Source: an uncultured Desulfobacteraceae bacterium (lineage in GTDB: Bacteria > Desulfobacterota > Syntrophobacteria > BM002). Taken from it: DNA of 63,556 nt. The stretch spans positions 1 to 63,556 of the forward strand of contig CAYFXH010000005.1 of the NCBI GenBank assembly GCA_964346905.1, written 5' to 3'. Shown piece by piece: positions 37,190 through 45,814 of this stretch (the stretch's first letter is position 1; every line of letters starts with the position of its first letter). The notes beneath the pieces were generated by a model, which did no database searches, was not told the origin of the DNA, and saw only the letters and a list, made by a program, of their open reading frames with translations. The position numbers and the translations under genes are program-made.

Positions 37190-38353
37190 TTAGAATCCCA
37201 GCCTCAGGACCAGGTATACTTTGGGATCGCGCTCGGTATCGGTCACGCTCTGGGCCACATCGAAGCCTACCACAAAGGGGATTTTGCCAAATACGAACAT
37301 CTGCAGCCTCAGACCAGCACCAACGCCCACGTCCACCCCAGAGATGGAGTCACTGTCATCATATTCTCGCCAGATTTGGCCGGTGTCCACAAAAGCCACC
37401 GTCTGCAATTGTTGAAAGTGAAAGAGGTCCCAAGCGGTGGTTGTGCGGTTGATGACGAGAACCGGATAGCGAAATTCTAAACTAGCGGCCCACATCTTTT
37501 CGCCGGAGAAATCGTTAAAGTCGTAGCCTCGCAGACTGTCTTGGCCACCCAGGACAAACAGCCTTGGGTCGTCCTTCTTGACGCCGCCATGGAACCGCAA
37601 GGCCGTCACCAACCGGTGCCCAGACTTGAAATAGCGGCGTAAATTGAGATTGGCATAGAGCCGCAGATCTCCAGAATAACTCTGAAAGTCACGCTGGCTA
37701 CCCAGGGTCTTATCGCCATATTTTGCGGTGAGATTCACCTGGGTGCCGGAAATAATATCCATAATGTAATACTCGGCGGTATCGCGCACCAAACTCAGCA
37801 AGACGCTGTTGAGTCGCTCGGTTTCGTCCGGCAAATCCACCCATGACATCTCATAGCCGGGTGCTATACGATGGTATAGATTGATGGGCCAGCTGACAAT
37901 GGCATTGCCGCCCAGTTCTCTGAGCCAGTCGTCCTCATCATTGCCCGTGTCCTTGAGGTCTCCGAAAAAGGTATTCTTGTCGAAGAGGTTCAATCCGAGG
38001 GCGGGGTACCAGCCCAGATAGCTATAACCTGCCTGCAGTTGTTCCTTACCACTTTCTGTACCCACACCACCACGAAAGCTCAACCTATGCTCTCCCGTGT
38101 AACTGCTGCCTTCCCAATGCATACCGGGGATGACTCCGTCTTTTTCATTGTAGTCCAGATAAGGGAAGAAAAAATCAGTGGAAAAACCACCACGGAACTC
38201 TTGCTGTTCATATGATTCAGCCAAGCCTGAAAATGCAAAGAAAAGAGGCAGGATTGGTACGAATCCAAGCAAAAACAACCTGCTCAGCCCACGTGTCCTC
38301 TGGGGTGACGTTTTGGCGGCTTCCCTCCAGCAACCGTCAAGGCCCGCCGACAT
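37190..38353 (-). CDS. Omp85/BamA-family (bacterial surface antigen) outer-membrane beta-barrel without an obvious POTRA array
   Basis: 387 aa. The C-terminal region reads LGGQDSLRGYDFNDFSGEKMWAASLEFRYPV...GVGAGLRLQMFVFGKIPFVVGFDVAQ and ends in aromatic ...LRLGF. Confidence 0.7.
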   Translation of the reverse strand: MSAGLDGCWREAAKTSPQRTRGLSRLFLLGFVPILPLFFAFSGLAESYEQQEFRGGFSTDFFFPYLDYNEKDGVIPGMHWEGSSYTGEHRLSFRGGVGTESGKEQLQAGYSYLGWYPALGLNLFDKNTFFGDLKDTGNDEDDWLRELGGNAIVSWPINLYHRIAPGYEMSWVDLPDETERLNSVLLSLVRDTAEYYIMDIISGTQVNLTAKYGDKTLGSQRDFQSYSGDLRLYANLNLRRYFKSGHRLVTALRFHGGVKKDDPRLFVLGGQDSLRGYDFNDFSGEKMWAASLEFRYPVLVINRTTTAWDLFHFQQLQTVAFVDTGQIWREYDDSDSISGVDVGVGAGLRLQMFVFGKIPFVVGFDVAQSVTDTERDPKVYLVLRLGF

Positions 38354-40079
38354 CCCCGACTCCTAGCCTCCACGCCAGCATGGGGCTTTCAAAGAGCCTG
38401 TACTGGCCGTGACGAAAGTAGCTGAAGAGCAACCGCTGCCCATCTGGACTGACTTGAGGCGAGAAAATACCGCCAATCACCTGAGACAGAGGCCAGGTGG
38501 CGCCGGTTTGCAGGTCCAGTCGGTGGAGATTAAAAATACCATTCTGATCGGAGACATACAGGAGGGCTTTGTTTTCAGGGAGGAACAGGGACCACAGTTC
38601 ATCGTATGGTGTTTCAGTGAGACGGGTCTCGGTGTCGCTCTTGAGGTCTTTGAGGATCAGATCGTATTGGTGTTGATACTCTCTGGAGAAAACAAGGAAA
38701 CTTCCATCTGACGACCAGCGGGGGTAGGCCTCGTCGTTGCTGGTCTGGGTCAGGGGGGTAACTTCGCCGTCGTCGAGTCGGATCTTGTAGATGTCAGCAA
38801 AACCGTTTACTGTGGCCACAAAGCCCACCTCCCTGTCTCCAGAGAGAAAGGAAGGATATCGATTGATGCGGAGTTTCTGTTTTATTTGTTTCACCTTCTT
38901 CTGCTTCAGATCGTAAACAAAGAGATCGCTGCGATTGTCATCATCGCTCACGATAACGAGACGGCTGCCATCATGGGACCACCCGAGAGGAGAGAGTTCT
39001 AAACCCCGCCTCTTGAGTCTGGTCAACCGGCCGGTGGCAACTTCCATGAGATAGAGCGAAAAATTCAGAGCCTCATTCTCCCAGTCAGACAGGAAGGCAA
39101 TATGGCTGCCGTCGGGACTATAGACCGGGAAGAGATTCCAGCCCTTGTTGGCAGTTAATAGCTCCACTTGGCGGAGCGGGTCCTGCCACCCCGGTCCTCC
39201 CACACGAAGCCGCCCATCGGCATACTGCTGCCAGGCCCGCTCAAGAGTCCTGAAATTTTTGCCGGTGACCTGCTGGAGGGCCTCGTGGATATTCAGCCTG
39301 TTTTTTATCAGTCTGAGGAGACGGGGAACGGATTCCTGGCCATGGGTATCCACCAGAAACTGAATGAAAAGATCACTTTGGTAGTAGGCCAACCGAATTT
39401 GGTGGGGGGGCAAGTGGCTAAAGCCACGCAACTGGTTGAGGGGAATAAGATTGTGGTCCATAACCGCATCTCGTACAAACATGGAAGCCATGGAGCCCCA
39501 AGAGCGGGATTCGTATTGCGCAACCCCTTCCATGAACCAGAGAGGCGACAGCACACCGGTTAGGACAATCTGCAAAGAGCGATAGGGCCCCTCAAGAAGG
39601 TACTTTAGTTGGACGGCGTGGGTGATCTCGTGTAGCGCCAATTGTTTGAGGCGTCTGTCGTTGCTCTGGACCGGGAATACCACTCTCTCTTTGAAGAATT
39701 CGGTAAAGCCACCACTACCCTCAACCAATCCAGTAATAATCTGCGTGGTCTCGTACTCCTCTTGGGATGGATAAATGAATACGGGAATGGTGCGGTCAAA
39801 GTGTATCTCAAGATTCCGAGCGATACGCTCCAGATGAGTCCTATAGATTTCAGCCACGTCCAGGGCTCGCTCTCGGAGGGTATCGGGATAGATGATGCGA
39901 AATTGATCGGTTTGGATCTCCTTCCAGTCATAGCTGGTGTCGTTTACCTTGTTCTTGCCGAACAACCTCTCGGCACCCGTTACGGTCATTTGATCTTGAG
40001 CGCAGGAAAGCATGGCCAGTAGACACAAGCCGGACAAGAGACTGACCAAGGTCTCTTTTCTGTTAGCACTCTTGGACAT
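38337..40079 (-). CDS. Lipoprotein fusion: MA-clan HExxH peptidase-like domain + TolB-like PD40 beta-propeller
   Basis: The probable start is MSKSANRKETLVSLLSGLCLLAMLSC at 40079. Contains LALHEITHAVQ and then repeated PD40-like blades (YSPDGSHIAFLSD, WSHDGSRLVIVSD, PRWSSDGSFLVFS, SPQVSPDGQRLLFS). Confidence 0.7.
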   Translation of the reverse strand: MSKSANRKETLVSLLSGLCLLAMLSCAQDQMTVTGAERLFGKNKVNDTSYDWKEIQTDQFRIIYPDTLRERALDVAEIYRTHLERIARNLEIHFDRTIPVFIYPSQEEYETTQIITGLVEGSGGFTEFFKERVVFPVQSNDRRLKQLALHEITHAVQLKYLLEGPYRSLQIVLTGVLSPLWFMEGVAQYESRSWGSMASMFVRDAVMDHNLIPLNQLRGFSHLPPHQIRLAYYQSDLFIQFLVDTHGQESVPRLLRLIKNRLNIHEALQQVTGKNFRTLERAWQQYADGRLRVGGPGWQDPLRQVELLTANKGWNLFPVYSPDGSHIAFLSDWENEALNFSLYLMEVATGRLTRLKRRGLELSPLGWSHDGSRLVIVSDDDNRSDLFVYDLKQKKVKQIKQKLRINRYPSFLSGDREVGFVATVNGFADIYKIRLDDGEVTPLTQTSNDEAYPRWSSDGSFLVFSREYQHQYDLILKDLKSDTETRLTETPYDELWSLFLPENKALLYVSDQNGIFNLHRLDLQTGATWPLSQVIGGIFSPQVSPDGQRLLFSYFRHGQYRLFESPMLAWRLGVGDVGGP

Positions 40080-40154
40080 ACGTTCACAGAAAATGATGGG
40101 TTGCACCTGCACCCTATCAGCATGAGCGCAGGGAGGATTCACTATAACAACGGT

Positions 40155-41084
40155 TCACTTGGAATCACTGAGACCCTTGGCGGCATCCTCAAGAGTGACC
40201 GCAGTTTCGGTATATAGTACCTGAGCCTGGCGGTGAATCCACCGGACCGAGCGACCAAGCATCTGGCCCGGACCTATTTCAACCATGGGCCCCAGATTCT
40301 GGCTAATCAACTGCTCCACCACCCCCAGCCAACGTACCTGACTGTGGAGCTGAATTGAGAGCAGCTCTGCCACCTGAGCCGCCTTCTCCAAAAACTGGTA
40401 GTCGATGTAGGAGATGATGGGGGTGTGGGGCTCATTGATAGCGGTCTGGGCAATCCTTTCGGCCAAGCATTGATAGGCACCGTTGAGGAGGCTACAGTGA
40501 TAGGGTGCCGCCGCAGGTAGCCAATCGGTCTTTAGAGCTTGGGAATCGAGCGCTCGTTTCAGAAGCTGGTCCACTGCCGGACGCTCACCGGAGACGATGA
40601 TCTGGTGCCTGGTGTTGACGATGCTCACCTCCACCACACCCTTTACCCGTTCGCACAGTTCCTCAATCTCCGGGAGCGAAAGACCCAGGACAACACCCAT
40701 ACCACCCTGGGTGTTGGCCTGCTGGATACAGCGATCGGCTGCCAACATGAGGGTGAGACCGCTTTCAAAGTTCAGAACTCCGGCGGCATAGGCGGCCGCA
40801 TATATTCCTGAACTGTAGGGCGCCAGGGCGGCAGCCCTGATGCCCCTGGCTGCCAGCAAGTCTGCCACCATACAGCTCACGGTGTAGACTGCCACTTGGG
40901 AGATGAGATCCTCATGGAGCCTCTCTTCAGGTCCGGAGAACATGATGTCCCCCAGGGGTAGACCCAAGTGGGCCTCGGCCCGTTTCAGCATATCCATACT
41001 TTCGCTGAAACGTTCAACTAGATCACGCCCCATGCCCAGGTGTTGGGCGCCTTGGCCTGGAAACAGAAAGCTACAACTACTCAT
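40155..41084 (-). CDS. FabD-like acyl-carrier-protein S-malonyltransferase with a non-canonical nucleophile elbow (PYSSG instead of GHSLG)
   Basis: 309 aa. Begins FLFPGQGAQHLGMG. The elbow region is AALAPYSSGIYAAAYAAGV, and the overall length and layout match FabD. Confidence 0.7.
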   Translation of the reverse strand: MSSCSFLFPGQGAQHLGMGRDLVERFSESMDMLKRAEAHLGLPLGDIMFSGPEERLHEDLISQVAVYTVSCMVADLLAARGIRAAALAPYSSGIYAAAYAAGVLNFESGLTLMLAADRCIQQANTQGGMGVVLGLSLPEIEELCERVKGVVEVSIVNTRHQIIVSGERPAVDQLLKRALDSQALKTDWLPAAAPYHCSLLNGAYQCLAERIAQTAINEPHTPIISYIDYQFLEKAAQVAELLSIQLHSQVRWLGVVEQLISQNLGPMVEIGPGQMLGRSVRWIHRQAQVLYTETAVTLEDAAKGLSDSK

Positions 41085-41794
41085 GGCCGGCCCCTACCCT
41101 GAAACTTCTCCACCTGGAAACCTTCTGGAGGCTCAACCCTAAACAAACCGTCCGGGAGTTTGGTGTTTTCGCGTAGGTTTGATAGGTAAATCACGGTCCA
41201 GTCTTTGTTGGACTCTAAGATAGCGATCTCCTGAGGCAGCCAGGTGCTAGGATCGATCTTCACCTCCAACCGTTTAAAATAACGAGCCCTCCTGCGAGAT
41301 TTTGGTTCCATGGTCATCTGCACCCATATTTCACCACCCGGTCGGGGGAGGGGTGCAACCTGTACCCGGTATTGACGCTGAAACGCTTCTGGATCACCAG
41401 TTGCACCGGTGATCCGCTCCAACAGTCCGCCGCCGAGCGGTTTCCGGTACAGATTTGCCTTCTTCAGGTCAGGATAGAGAACAAGAATCATATCATCCTG
41501 GACCACCAGGGTAAGAGGGGCGGGCCCAACCACCTCCCAGTGCAGTCGAGCCGGTGGTTGCCAATAGAGGTTACCCTCCGACTCTAGGGGCGTTACTAGC
41601 AGCCGCGAGTATTTGAGTTGTTGGAAACGAGCGCTGAGGCTTTTGAGTTCCTGGGCCTTGGTCTGGAGGTGGGCAAGCACCTCGGTCGTGGTGAAGGGAC
41701 CGGCTGCTGTCGCCTGCAGCCAGCTAAAGGAAGCAGTTCCGCCCAGAATGAGGCTGAAACTTAGCACAATGGCCAACCGTGCCGGAGTCTTCAT
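41081..41794 (-). CDS. LolA-like outer-membrane lipoprotein-carrier family protein
   Basis: The ATG at 41794 follows AAGGAG and precedes a signal peptide. Contains LKSLSARFQQLKYSRLLVTPLESEGNLYWQPPARLHWEV. It has a 4 nt overlap with the fabD-like gene. Confidence 0.65.
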   Translation of the reverse strand: MKTPARLAIVLSFSLILGGTASFSWLQATAAGPFTTTEVLAHLQTKAQELKSLSARFQQLKYSRLLVTPLESEGNLYWQPPARLHWEVVGPAPLTLVVQDDMILVLYPDLKKANLYRKPLGGGLLERITGATGDPEAFQRQYRVQVAPLPRPGGEIWVQMTMEPKSRRRARYFKRLEVKIDPSTWLPQEIAILESNKDWTVIYLSNLRENTKLPDGLFRVEPPEGFQVEKFQGRGRP

Positions 41795-41924
41795 CTGCTC
41801 CTTTCCATAATGCTGAACCTCTCCAACCGAGCACGCCGAAACCCGGGACTCTAGGTCCTGAACAACGTCACATTCATACGCCAATCACACGTCTACATCG
41901 CTAACTCTCTTCACGCTAATACGA

Positions 41925-41993
41925 ATGTAGGGTGGACACAACCCACCACTGATGTTGATCATTCCGATGGGTGGATCAATGCGCACCCTACAT
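41925..41993. repeat. REP-like palindromic element
   Basis: ATGTAGGGTG (41925-41934) pairs with CACCCTACAT (41984-41993), a perfect 10 bp inverted repeat. It encloses further GGTGG/CCACC pairings. Confidence 0.65.
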
Positions 41994-42117
41994 TGACTTT
42001 CCGGAGTCACCACAGTCGTAGCGGGTAACCCGCGACCTGTATCATCTATGCAGACTCCCCATTACTTTAAACCTTTGAGAAACCGCACCACGAAGCCTTG
42101 CTCAAGGTCGGTCAATG

Positions 42118-43104
42118 CTACCTGCGGTACGATTGGATTTTCTGCTCTTCTATGGGCTCCACTAGGTACCACTGGTCCGGATAGCGGCGGATGTATCGTT
42201 CAAATACCGCCGCCACCTGTTCTAGGTTGTGCTGCAGCGCTTTTCTGCGATCAGGGCCATACCGTAAGTTTAGCGGCTGCTCGATGATGCCTCGGTACTG
42301 TCCCGGAGCCTCCATCACTGAAAAGGCAGGAACAACAGGCGCCTGAGCAGCCATGGCCAGAAGTAGCGGTCCCACCGGCAGGTGCACCTGGCGATGGAAC
42401 AATGTCGTTACTTCTGATCGATCAGAAAAAACCCGATCACCCAATACGGCCACCACCTCATTTCGCTTTAGAGCCTTCATTAGCTCAATGGCGCCGTAGG
42501 CTGACTCCTCCACTTCAATGATCTGGATACCGTGACGCTGGCGCATTACATTTATGAGGCCATCGGTGAATGTGGTGTTGTGCCTGATGGCGGCCACGTT
42601 AACCGGATAGCCCATGGCCCGTAACCCCAAACCCCCAATTTCCCAGTGGCCCAGATGCGCGGTCAGCAAAACCGCGCCTCGCCCCTTCAGCAAGGCCTCG
42701 TCCAGATGGTGACGTCCTTCATAGCAGTGAGCAAAAGCTTGGCTTTCCTCCAGTGTCATGCTGAGCAGGCGGAAGAAATCGACAATGTAGATGCCATAGT
42801 TCTGAAAGAATTTCCAGAGTAACAGCCGTCGACCTGCTGGCGGTTGACAGTCATGGAAGATGACGTCCAGATTGTGTAAGACGTGACGCCGGTCGCGTCG
42901 CGAGAATGCAAAGGCCAGTGCAGCAACGATTCGCGCTAACCCATAGGAGACGGATGCTGGCAGAGACTGAACCGTCTTCAGGGCCTGTCGATACAAGAAC
43001 GGTTTATCCAAAACATGTACACGCATGGTCAACCATAGCCCGCAAGAACTGGCAGCAATGAAGTCAGCAACCCTCTTTTGATGTATAATGCAAGGTGCCG
43101 TCAC
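42118..43104 (-). CDS. LpxL/HtrB-family (lysophospholipid/lipid A) acyltransferase
   Basis: 328 aa. The N-terminal TM region is followed by LLTAHLGHWEIGG (HX4E/D-type motif) and VAVLGDR. Confidence 0.75.
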   Translation of the reverse strand: MTAPCIIHQKRVADFIAASSCGLWLTMRVHVLDKPFLYRQALKTVQSLPASVSYGLARIVAALAFAFSRRDRRHVLHNLDVIFHDCQPPAGRRLLLWKFFQNYGIYIVDFFRLLSMTLEESQAFAHCYEGRHHLDEALLKGRGAVLLTAHLGHWEIGGLGLRAMGYPVNVAAIRHNTTFTDGLINVMRQRHGIQIIEVEESAYGAIELMKALKRNEVVAVLGDRVFSDRSEVTTLFHRQVHLPVGPLLLAMAAQAPVVPAFSVMEAPGQYRGIIEQPLNLRYGPDRRKALQHNLEQVAAVFERYIRRYPDQWYLVEPIEEQKIQSYRR

Positions 43105-43264
43105 TCTGCATATCTATACATCAATAGACTCTTACCATCCCTTTGATAGTGTAAATAATGTTCCCTGTCAACACGACCCTGTACCGGGAGATCCCCCAAA
43201 AAGCCGAGGTACTCAATAAAGCGAACTGTCCTTTTGTGGTGTTTCTTCTGAGTGACTGCGGCAG

Positions 43265-43379
43265 GTCTGAGCCACTTCCCCGTCTGTGGTTGGGGGAGCC
43301 CCTGGTCCCGTTCCCCAGGAACGGGAAACAGGGAGGGGGTGCCTTCCCCCGGCCACAGTCGGGCTAGAAGTGGCCAGAC
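43265..43379. other. Long imperfect hairpin (about 115 nt) in the divergent LpxL-like / radical SAM intergenic region
   Basis: GTCTGAGCCACTTC..TGTGG..GGGGG is mirrored by CCCCC..CCACA..GAAGTGGCCAGAC. The apical perfect stem is CCCGTTCC (43307-43314) / GGAACGGG (43318-43325). Confidence 0.55.
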
Positions 43380-43625
43380 CGTGAGCCTTGGAACGACAGA
43401 AGAGACACCAGAAAAGCATCTTCATTTGCACATCAGCATAAACCGATACGAGACCTGGGTTCACAAACATTAACCATCCATTTGAGGGGGACTCCTGGAC
43501 CCTGTACCCCTAGCACCAACCAGCCAGATGAGGATGAGCACACGCTTTTTTACATTTTCCATTTACATTATAATACCCAGGCTCTACATTTTAGAAGAAA
43601 GCAACATTTCGCCAGGATTATGTAA

Positions 43626-44936
43626 ATGTCACTCCGTATACTGTTGATTTCCCCCATTGGTCTCAAGAAAGTTCTCGGAGCAGATTTTTTCTTTAAGCTG
43701 CCCTTTTTGGGCTTGCCTACCATCGCTGCGTACACTCCGCCGGGTTGTGAAGTCAAGATGGTGGATGAGCGAATAAGTCCAGTGGATTTCGATGATGATG
43801 CAGATCTGATCGGGATTAGCGTGATGACTCCACTGGCTACCCGGGCCTATGAGATTGCGGATGAGTTCAAGCGACGGGGCAAGACGGTTGTTATGGGTGG
43901 CATGCACGTGTCCGCACTTCCGGATGAAGCCCTGGAGCATTGCGATGCGGTCGCGATTGGCGAAGGGGAACAAGTATGGCCCCAGATGGTGGAGGACTTC
44001 AAAAGAGGGGAACTGAAAAAGATCTACAAGGCCGAAAAGTTGTTTGACTTATCGGCAGCGCAACCGCCCAGATGGGATATCATTGACAAGGGATTGTATA
44101 GTCCGGTGGACTTCATCGAGACCACCCGAGGATGCCCGATCAACTGCAATTTCTGCGCTGTTACCCAGTACTACGGGGCTAAATACCGAACCAAACCCGT
44201 CGGTCTCGTTGAGGAAATGGTGGCACAAGTAAAGCCGGTGGATAAAATCCTCGCTCTCAAGAATCTCATATTCTTCGTTGATGACAACATTATTGCTAAC
44301 CGGAAACACGTCATAGAGCTGTTGAGAATGTTAAAATCTTACAATATCCAGTGGCTAGGGCAGGCCTCCATATCGGTTGCGAAGGATGACGAACTCCTGA
44401 AGCTCATGTCCGAAACCCGGTGTCTCGGGCTCCTGATAGGGATGGAAAGCCTTTCCAATGACACCTTGGCGGAATGTGGCAAACGTATCAATAAACCGGC
44501 TGAATACGAGGAGGCCGTGGCCAGGTTGCACCGTTATGGCATTGGCGTGAAGGCTGCGTTTATGGTTGGCTTCGACAACGATGACATCTCCGTATTTCCT
44601 ACAATGGAAAGATTCATCCGAAGATCCAGCTTTGACAGCGTCTATTTCAGTATTCTCACACCCTATCCGGGCACACGGCTTTATCAGCAGATGGAGAGCG
44701 AGGGCAGGTTGATCCACAAGGATTGGGCAAGGTACGACACTGCTCATGTTGTTTTTCGTCCGAAAAAAATGACCGTGCAACAGCTGGAACAGGGATTTAT
44801 CTGGCTCAATAAGAAGGCCCTTTCGCTCAGATCCATAGTTTTGCGACTTGCTTGGGCGAGAACAGTACCTCAGTTTTTCATTCCTGACAATTTAGCCTTC
44901 AGATCCTGCCTTTTGAAAATGCTGCGAGGGGCATAA
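43626..44936 (+). CDS. B12-binding-domain radical SAM protein
   Basis: 436 aa. The N-terminal Rossmann-like cobalamin domain reads DLIGISVMTPLATRAY...VVMGGMHVS. It is followed by TRGCPINCNFCAV (CX3CX2C). Confidence 0.85.
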   Translation: MSLRILLISPIGLKKVLGADFFFKLPFLGLPTIAAYTPPGCEVKMVDERISPVDFDDDADLIGISVMTPLATRAYEIADEFKRRGKTVVMGGMHVSALPDEALEHCDAVAIGEGEQVWPQMVEDFKRGELKKIYKAEKLFDLSAAQPPRWDIIDKGLYSPVDFIETTRGCPINCNFCAVTQYYGAKYRTKPVGLVEEMVAQVKPVDKILALKNLIFFVDDNIIANRKHVIELLRMLKSYNIQWLGQASISVAKDDELLKLMSETRCLGLLIGMESLSNDTLAECGKRINKPAEYEEAVARLHRYGIGVKAAFMVGFDNDDISVFPTMERFIRRSSFDSVYFSILTPYPGTRLYQQMESEGRLIHKDWARYDTAHVVFRPKKMTVQQLEQGFIWLNKKALSLRSIVLRLAWARTVPQFFIPDNLAFRSCLLKMLRGA

Positions 44937-44950
44937 TTGTTGCACCTCAT

Positions 44951-45042
44951 GTGATTGCAGATTTTTGCTTTCAGATTTGAGATTGAGGTGAGTCGAAACT
45001 ACGGCAATCCACAATCTACAATCTGCAATCTCAAATCTGAAA
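44951..45042. repeat. 5x7 / spacer / 5x7 heptamer-arm hairpin element (copy 1)
   Basis: GTGATTG CAGATTT TTGCTTT CAGATTT GAGATTG occupies 44951-44985. After a 21 nt spacer comes ATCCACA ATCTACA ATCTGCA ATCTCAA ATCTGAA (45007-45041). There is a perfect 16 bp pairing between 44969-44984 and 45027-45042. ACAGTGGGAG follows the element. Confidence 0.85.
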
Positions 45043-45178
45043 CAGTGGGAGCGATTTTCAGCCGCACTTGATCAAGTTCGGGATAACAATCACACCTCGA
45101 AGAACACGCAAGTCACCAAACTATTATTGAATTTTTCTTTGTATACTGTGTGATTATTGTAGTTAAGTAAGACAGCTT

Positions 45179-45814
45179 GTGAGCAGCGGTTTTCAGATGC
45201 ATTCAAAGAGAGGTTTTCTCTTGCGCTTGATACGGTTGGTTGCAGCTCTAACGGTTCTAACCTTGTTGGGCTGCGCCACTCCTCCACCTGTTCCCGAGAG
45301 GCTTGCATTTCTGGACTATCAAGGGCACGTCAATGAACACCACATTTTCATCCAGGCGCCTCCTTCCCGTATCTTTGCCGTCCTCACTGACTTTGACCGG
45401 TATGTCACTTTAGTTCCCTCTGACCGTGTCCAGCTGAGCAAGGTGAATCCCGGGCCGTATGAGGTTGGTACCATCATTCGGGCCGAAACGCTTTACAGAA
45501 TCAAGGTTCGGTGGGACTCACAGGTTGTGGCAATACAAAAAGATCGTCTTCTTGTGCTCCAGTTCTTGAGCGGCATCTTTCAGGGGGGCTACGAGGTGTG
45601 GCAACTTATACCTCAAGGAAATTCCACCAGGGTGAGTCATAGCCTTATGTACAATATTTCCAGTTTTCTTTACAGAGTGTTATGGGTGCTCAAGCGGGGA
45701 GAGCACAAGCACAACACGTTGACGGAAGCAACCATTCAGAATCTGAAACGTGCATGCGAGACCGAGCTGCCTCATCCTCAAGGGGAAGCGAGCCAGGAGG
45801 GAGAGCGGTTGTGA
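45179..45814 (+). CDS. SRPBCC (START/polyketide-cyclase-like) lipid-binding-fold lipoprotein
   Basis: 211 aa. The lipobox is LTLLGC. Contains HIFIQAPPSRIFAVLTDFDRY. The start is uncertain, either GTG 45179 or ATG 45197. Confidence 0.65.
   Translation: MSSGFQMHSKRGFLLRLIRLVAALTVLTLLGCATPPPVPERLAFLDYQGHVNEHHIFIQAPPSRIFAVLTDFDRYVTLVPSDRVQLSKVNPGPYEVGTIIRAETLYRIKVRWDSQVVAIQKDRLLVLQFLSGIFQGGYEVWQLIPQGNSTRVSHSLMYNISSFLYRVLWVLKRGEHKHNTLTEATIQNLKRACETELPHPQGEASQEGERL

Noticed and set aside
43265-43379. Long bulged hairpin considered as SRP (4.5S) RNA or 6S RNA.
   Set aside because: The apical loop is CCA on an 8 bp stem, not the GNRA tetraloop with the conserved AGGUC.../GGAAGCAGCC asymmetric loops of SRP domain IV. 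I saw no recognisable 6S central bubble and no ygfA context. It is kept only as an unassigned structure.
44951-45042. Short regularly spaced repeats that might be mistaken for a CRISPR array. The same applies to 51073-51177, 10209-10379 and 24004-24284.
   Set aside because: The units are 7 nt and directly abutting, with no spacers of 25-40 nt. The arms are mutually complementary, giving a hairpin architecture. There are no cas genes in the window.
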